A stretch of 24,000 nucleotides of DNA from an uncultured Candidatus Woesearchaeota archaeon (lineage in GTDB: Archaea > Nanobdellota > Nanobdellia > Woesearchaeales > UBA10107). Shown piece by piece: positions 22,818 through 24,000 of this stretch. The notes beneath the pieces are model-generated. The model was not told the origin of the DNA. It made no database searches and saw nothing but the letters and a program-made list of their open reading frames with translations. A program made the translations under genes and the position numbers. Location of the stretch: assembly GCA_963835585.1 (NCBI GenBank), contig CAWIGF010000003.1, positions 217,347 through 241,346 of the forward strand, in the 5' to 3' direction. Positions within the stretch are counted from its first letter, which is position 1. Each line of letters opens with the position of its first letter.

Positions 22818-23588
22818 TTACCTCATTCTCCATTTGACAACGTCTTTATATGGAAGATTTCCGCCGAATATATCAAGAGCGCTCCCGATGGTGAAATCTA
22901 TCTTTTCTTTCCCGAACTCGTGGATCGTTTTGAGGTCATCAAAAGAAGATATGCCTCCGGCGTATGTTAGTGGTTTGCTAATAGAGGAGTTGCTTATCCA
23001 AGAGCCTAATTTTGCTACTAAATCTTTTTGGATCCCTTGGCATTTGCCCTCAACATCTGCTGCATGGATCAGGAATTCCGAGCAATAACTTGCCAGCCTG
23101 TCAAGATTAGAATCATTTATTTGAAAGTCTGTGAATTTCTGCCATCTGTCTGTCACGACAAAGTAAATCCCATCTTTTTCCCTGCAGCCCAAGTCAAGGA
23201 CGAGCCTATCCTTACCGATAGTAGAGACTAATCTATCTAGATTCTCGAAATTTATCTTGCCGTCCTTGAATATATAGGACGTGACGATGACGTGGCTCGC
23301 GCCGGCATCAAGGAACTTATTTGCGTTCTCTGCATCGATTCCTCCTCCAATCTGGAGCCCATTTTTGTATGCACGCAGAGCCTTCAATGCCTCTTCCTCA
23401 TTCCCAGGACCAAGCATAATTACATGCCCTCCTGTCAGATTGTCTCGTTTGTACATATCTGCAAAATACGCAGCATCTTTATTTGATACAAAGTTCTCAA
23501 TAAGTTTTTTAGAACTGTTTTCAAGCGTACTACCAACTATCTGTTTGACTTTTCCTTCATGGATATCTATGCATGGCCTGAATTTCAT
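22818..23588 (-). CDS. hisA: ProFAR isomerase, eukaryotic-type HisA (His6-like)
   Basis: 256 aa. MKFRPCIDIHEGKVKQIVGSTL, GGHVIMLGPGN, EFLIHAADVEGKCQGI and LDIFGGNL line up with yeast His6 blocks as I remember them (CIDLHNGEVKQIVGGTL, EFLIHAADVEGLCGGI, LDIFGGNL). Confidence 0.88.
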   Translation of the reverse strand: MKFRPCIDIHEGKVKQIVGSTLENSSKKLIENFVSNKDAAYFADMYKRDNLTGGHVIMLGPGNEEEALKALRAYKNGLQIGGGIDAENANKFLDAGASHVIVTSYIFKDGKINFENLDRLVSTIGKDRLVLDLGCREKDGIYFVVTDRWQKFTDFQINDSNLDRLASYCSEFLIHAADVEGKCQGIQKDLVAKLGSWISNSSISKPLTYAGGISSFDDLKTIHEFGKEKIDFTIGSALDIFGGNLPYKDVVKWRMR

Positions 23589-23604
23589 GAATCAGCGAGT
23601 TTTT

Positions 23605-23619
23605 CCTTATTTATTATTC
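23605..23619 (-). promoter_or_regulatory. TATA-like box (ccttatttattattc)
   Basis: Centre is about 26 nt upstream of ATG 23588. Confidence 0.4.
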
Positions 23620-23665
23620 TTTCGCATATAATCAGAATGTAATTAGCATTAAATAAAGAATAGTT

Positions 23666-23998
23666 TTAGATAAAGTATTCAGGAGCTTTATAAAATTCAG
23701 AACCTTTAGTTGGATTTAGCTCTTTTCTCGCAAGTTTGAGGGCATCATCGAAACTGAGAAGAACGGGATTGCAGTTCATGCCACTTATGATGTCAAAATC
23801 TGTTTCTTCTAATTTTGGAAGAGAATTCACTCCTTTGTTTGTAAACCTATAAATTTCTTTGTTGCACAAAATGTCGAAGTGAATTGTGTTTTGACATCTG
23901 TATTCAATCACAATTGCATCTTTAGAAAGGCAAGCCGTAGATATCGATTCTATGTCTGATTCTTCAAGGAACTTCTTGACTTTGTCGACAATTGACAT
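23666..23998 (-). CDS. hypothetical protein (110 aa)
   Basis: Complete ORF whose start lies 2 nt from the window edge. No family recognised. Confidence 0.5.
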   Translation of the reverse strand: MSIVDKVKKFLEESDIESISTACLSKDAIVIEYRCQNTIHFDILCNKEIYRFTNKGVNSLPKLEETDFDIISGMNCNPVLLSFDDALKLARKELNPTKGSEFYKAPEYFI

Positions 23999-24000
23999 TT

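Noticed and set aside
1-24000. CRISPR arrays, rRNA genes, transposases/IS elements, integrases.
   Set aside because: No regularly spaced repeat-spacer structure, no rRNA-like conserved stretches, and no DDE, tyrosine or serine recombinase motifs in any long ORF.

Overview
AT-rich archaeal chromosomal window (roughly 35-40% G+C by eye, not computed). The evidence for an archaeon is an ATP-dependent DNA ligase, an ADP-forming acyl-CoA synthetase-type protein, a tRNA without encoded CCA, surface proteins packed with N-glycosylation sequons, and TATA boxes centred about 26-27 nt upstream of many ATGs. An uncultivated small-genome lineage (DPANN-like or similar) is only a guess. (1) 1-12.1 kb is core metabolism and housekeeping. 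A minus-strand operon runs Trx-like -> lipA -> 2-oxoacid dehydrogenase E1alpha -> E1beta -> E2 (E2 cut by the window edge). It is divergently paired with an ACD-alpha-like CoA-binding protein, a small SAM O-methyltransferase and a short GDH-like dehydrogenase. Next come a YdjC/ChbG-like protein, a nitroreductase, and DNA ligase overlapped by a second Trx-like paralogue. A free-standing two-motif LAGLIDADG endonuclease ORF follows; it has no stop codon of its own and reads straight through a complete tRNA-Arg(GCG). (2) 12.1-19.4 kb is an accessory cell-surface cluster. A 992-aa, extremely sequon-rich anchored protein contains a 303-bp tandem domain repeat with a 95-bp perfectly identical core. 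It converges on a three-gene minus-strand unit: a 294-aa protein with a pilin-like N-terminus, a 253-aa type-I membrane protein, and a ~657-aa type-I membrane protein with an unknown cytoplasmic domain. A divergent coiled-coil/wHTH gene sits upstream of the 992-aa gene. I rate this cluster the best candidate for an undescribed system (attachment or filament apparatus). (3) 19.5-24 kb holds a run of small uncharacterised genes, each with its own TATA box. It includes a wHTH protein, a degenerate receiver-like protein, two unusually long non-coding spacers with iteron-like repeats, and an orphan eukaryotic-type (His6-like) HisA. No CRISPR array, rRNA, integrase or transposase was seen.
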